Of a stretch of DNA of 6,038 nt, positions 5,928 through 6,038 are shown in pieces. A program made the position numbers and the translations under genes. The stretch covers positions 1-6,038 of the forward strand of contig JBMFJL010000034.1 of the NCBI GenBank assembly GCA_049973735.1, in the 5' to 3' direction. The number at the start of each line of letters is the position of its first letter. Position 1 is the first letter of the stretch. Below the pieces are notes generated by a model. It did not search any database and had not been told where the DNA came from. It saw nothing but the letters and a program-made list of their open reading frames with translations. This DNA comes from Nanopusillaceae archaeon (GTDB lineage Archaea; Nanobdellota; Nanobdellia; Nanobdellales; Nanobdellaceae).

Positions 5928-6038
5928 CTGCGCCGGGGGGTTTAGAGTGTATGATCTGCGGAGGCGCCGGCCCGCGCATAGAGGCGGCGCACGGCGCGGC
6001 GGTGTGGGCCGTCGATAGGGGCTTTGCGGAGGGCGCGG
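5928..6038 (+). ncRNA. 5' part of an unidentified GC-rich structured RNA locus (possibly an rRNA leader/processing stem or another stable RNA), truncated by the window end
   Basis: My hand count is ~74% GC over 5928-6038 and ~80% over the last 80 nt, against ~25-30% elsewhere. No ORF is present. G exceeds C on the + strand. G:C-only stem potential exists, e.g. 'ccgcgc' 5972-5977 with 'gcgcgg' 5994-5999. The + orientation is favoured because TATA-like boxes lie upstream and the - strand has no oligo-T after 5928. Identity and strand are not established. Confidence 0.45.

Noticed and set aside
5945-6038. Possible 5' end of a 16S rRNA gene ('gtatgatctgcggaggc' resembles 'ggttgatcctgccggaggc')
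   Set aside because: The match needs two single-base gaps. The following ~70 nt lack the universally conserved 'taagccatgc' and the expected helix pattern of the SSU 5' domain. It is kept only as a hint that an rRNA locus may be nearby.
5928-6038. tRNA or split tRNA half in the GC-rich island
   Set aside because: Neither strand has a T-loop 'gttc[ga]a[at][tc]c'. A trial fold using 'gcgc' 5974-5977 and 'gcgc' 5987-5990 as the D-stem gives an anticodon loop without U33 and no U8. The cloverleaf cannot be completed within the window.
1-6038. CRISPR arrays, transposases/IS ends, integrase or toxin-antitoxin modules
   Set aside because: I found no regularly spaced direct repeats, no terminal inverted repeats flanking an ORF, and no ORF with a recognisable nuclease, transposase or integrase motif. 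All long ORFs are accounted for.

Overview
The window is very AT-rich, roughly 25-30% GC by eye, and its gene content is unmistakably archaeal. All well-supported genes lie on the + strand and are tightly packed. They are: (1) the C-terminal ~436 aa of arginyl-tRNA synthetase, running in from the left edge; (2) a translationally coupled rps10 - nop5 - flpA block (ribosomal protein uS10 plus the two core box C/D sRNP proteins Nop5/Nop56-58 and fibrillarin), joined by two ATGA start/stop overlaps; (3) two tandem, clearly paralogous ORFs of 328 and 357 aa that match no family I recognise. Both paralogs share one architecture: a conserved M-x-L-D N-terminus, a helical N-region, a hydrophobic helical hairpin, and a ~200 aa conserved C-terminal domain. 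(4) At the far right the composition jumps abruptly, first to a G/T-only micro-repeat tract and then to ~75-80% GC non-coding sequence that runs off the window. This most likely marks the start of a stable structured RNA locus, as seen in AT-rich (hyper)thermophiles, but I cannot identify which RNA. The most interesting candidate for something undescribed is the paralog pair. The first copy sits only 25 nt behind fibrillarin with no terminator. The second copy has its own 206-nt upstream spacer and an internally triplicated 25-aa N-terminal repeat. I saw no CRISPR array, transposase, tRNA or box C/D sRNA. Promoter and terminator calls are weak, because TATA-like and oligo-T strings are common in DNA this AT-rich.
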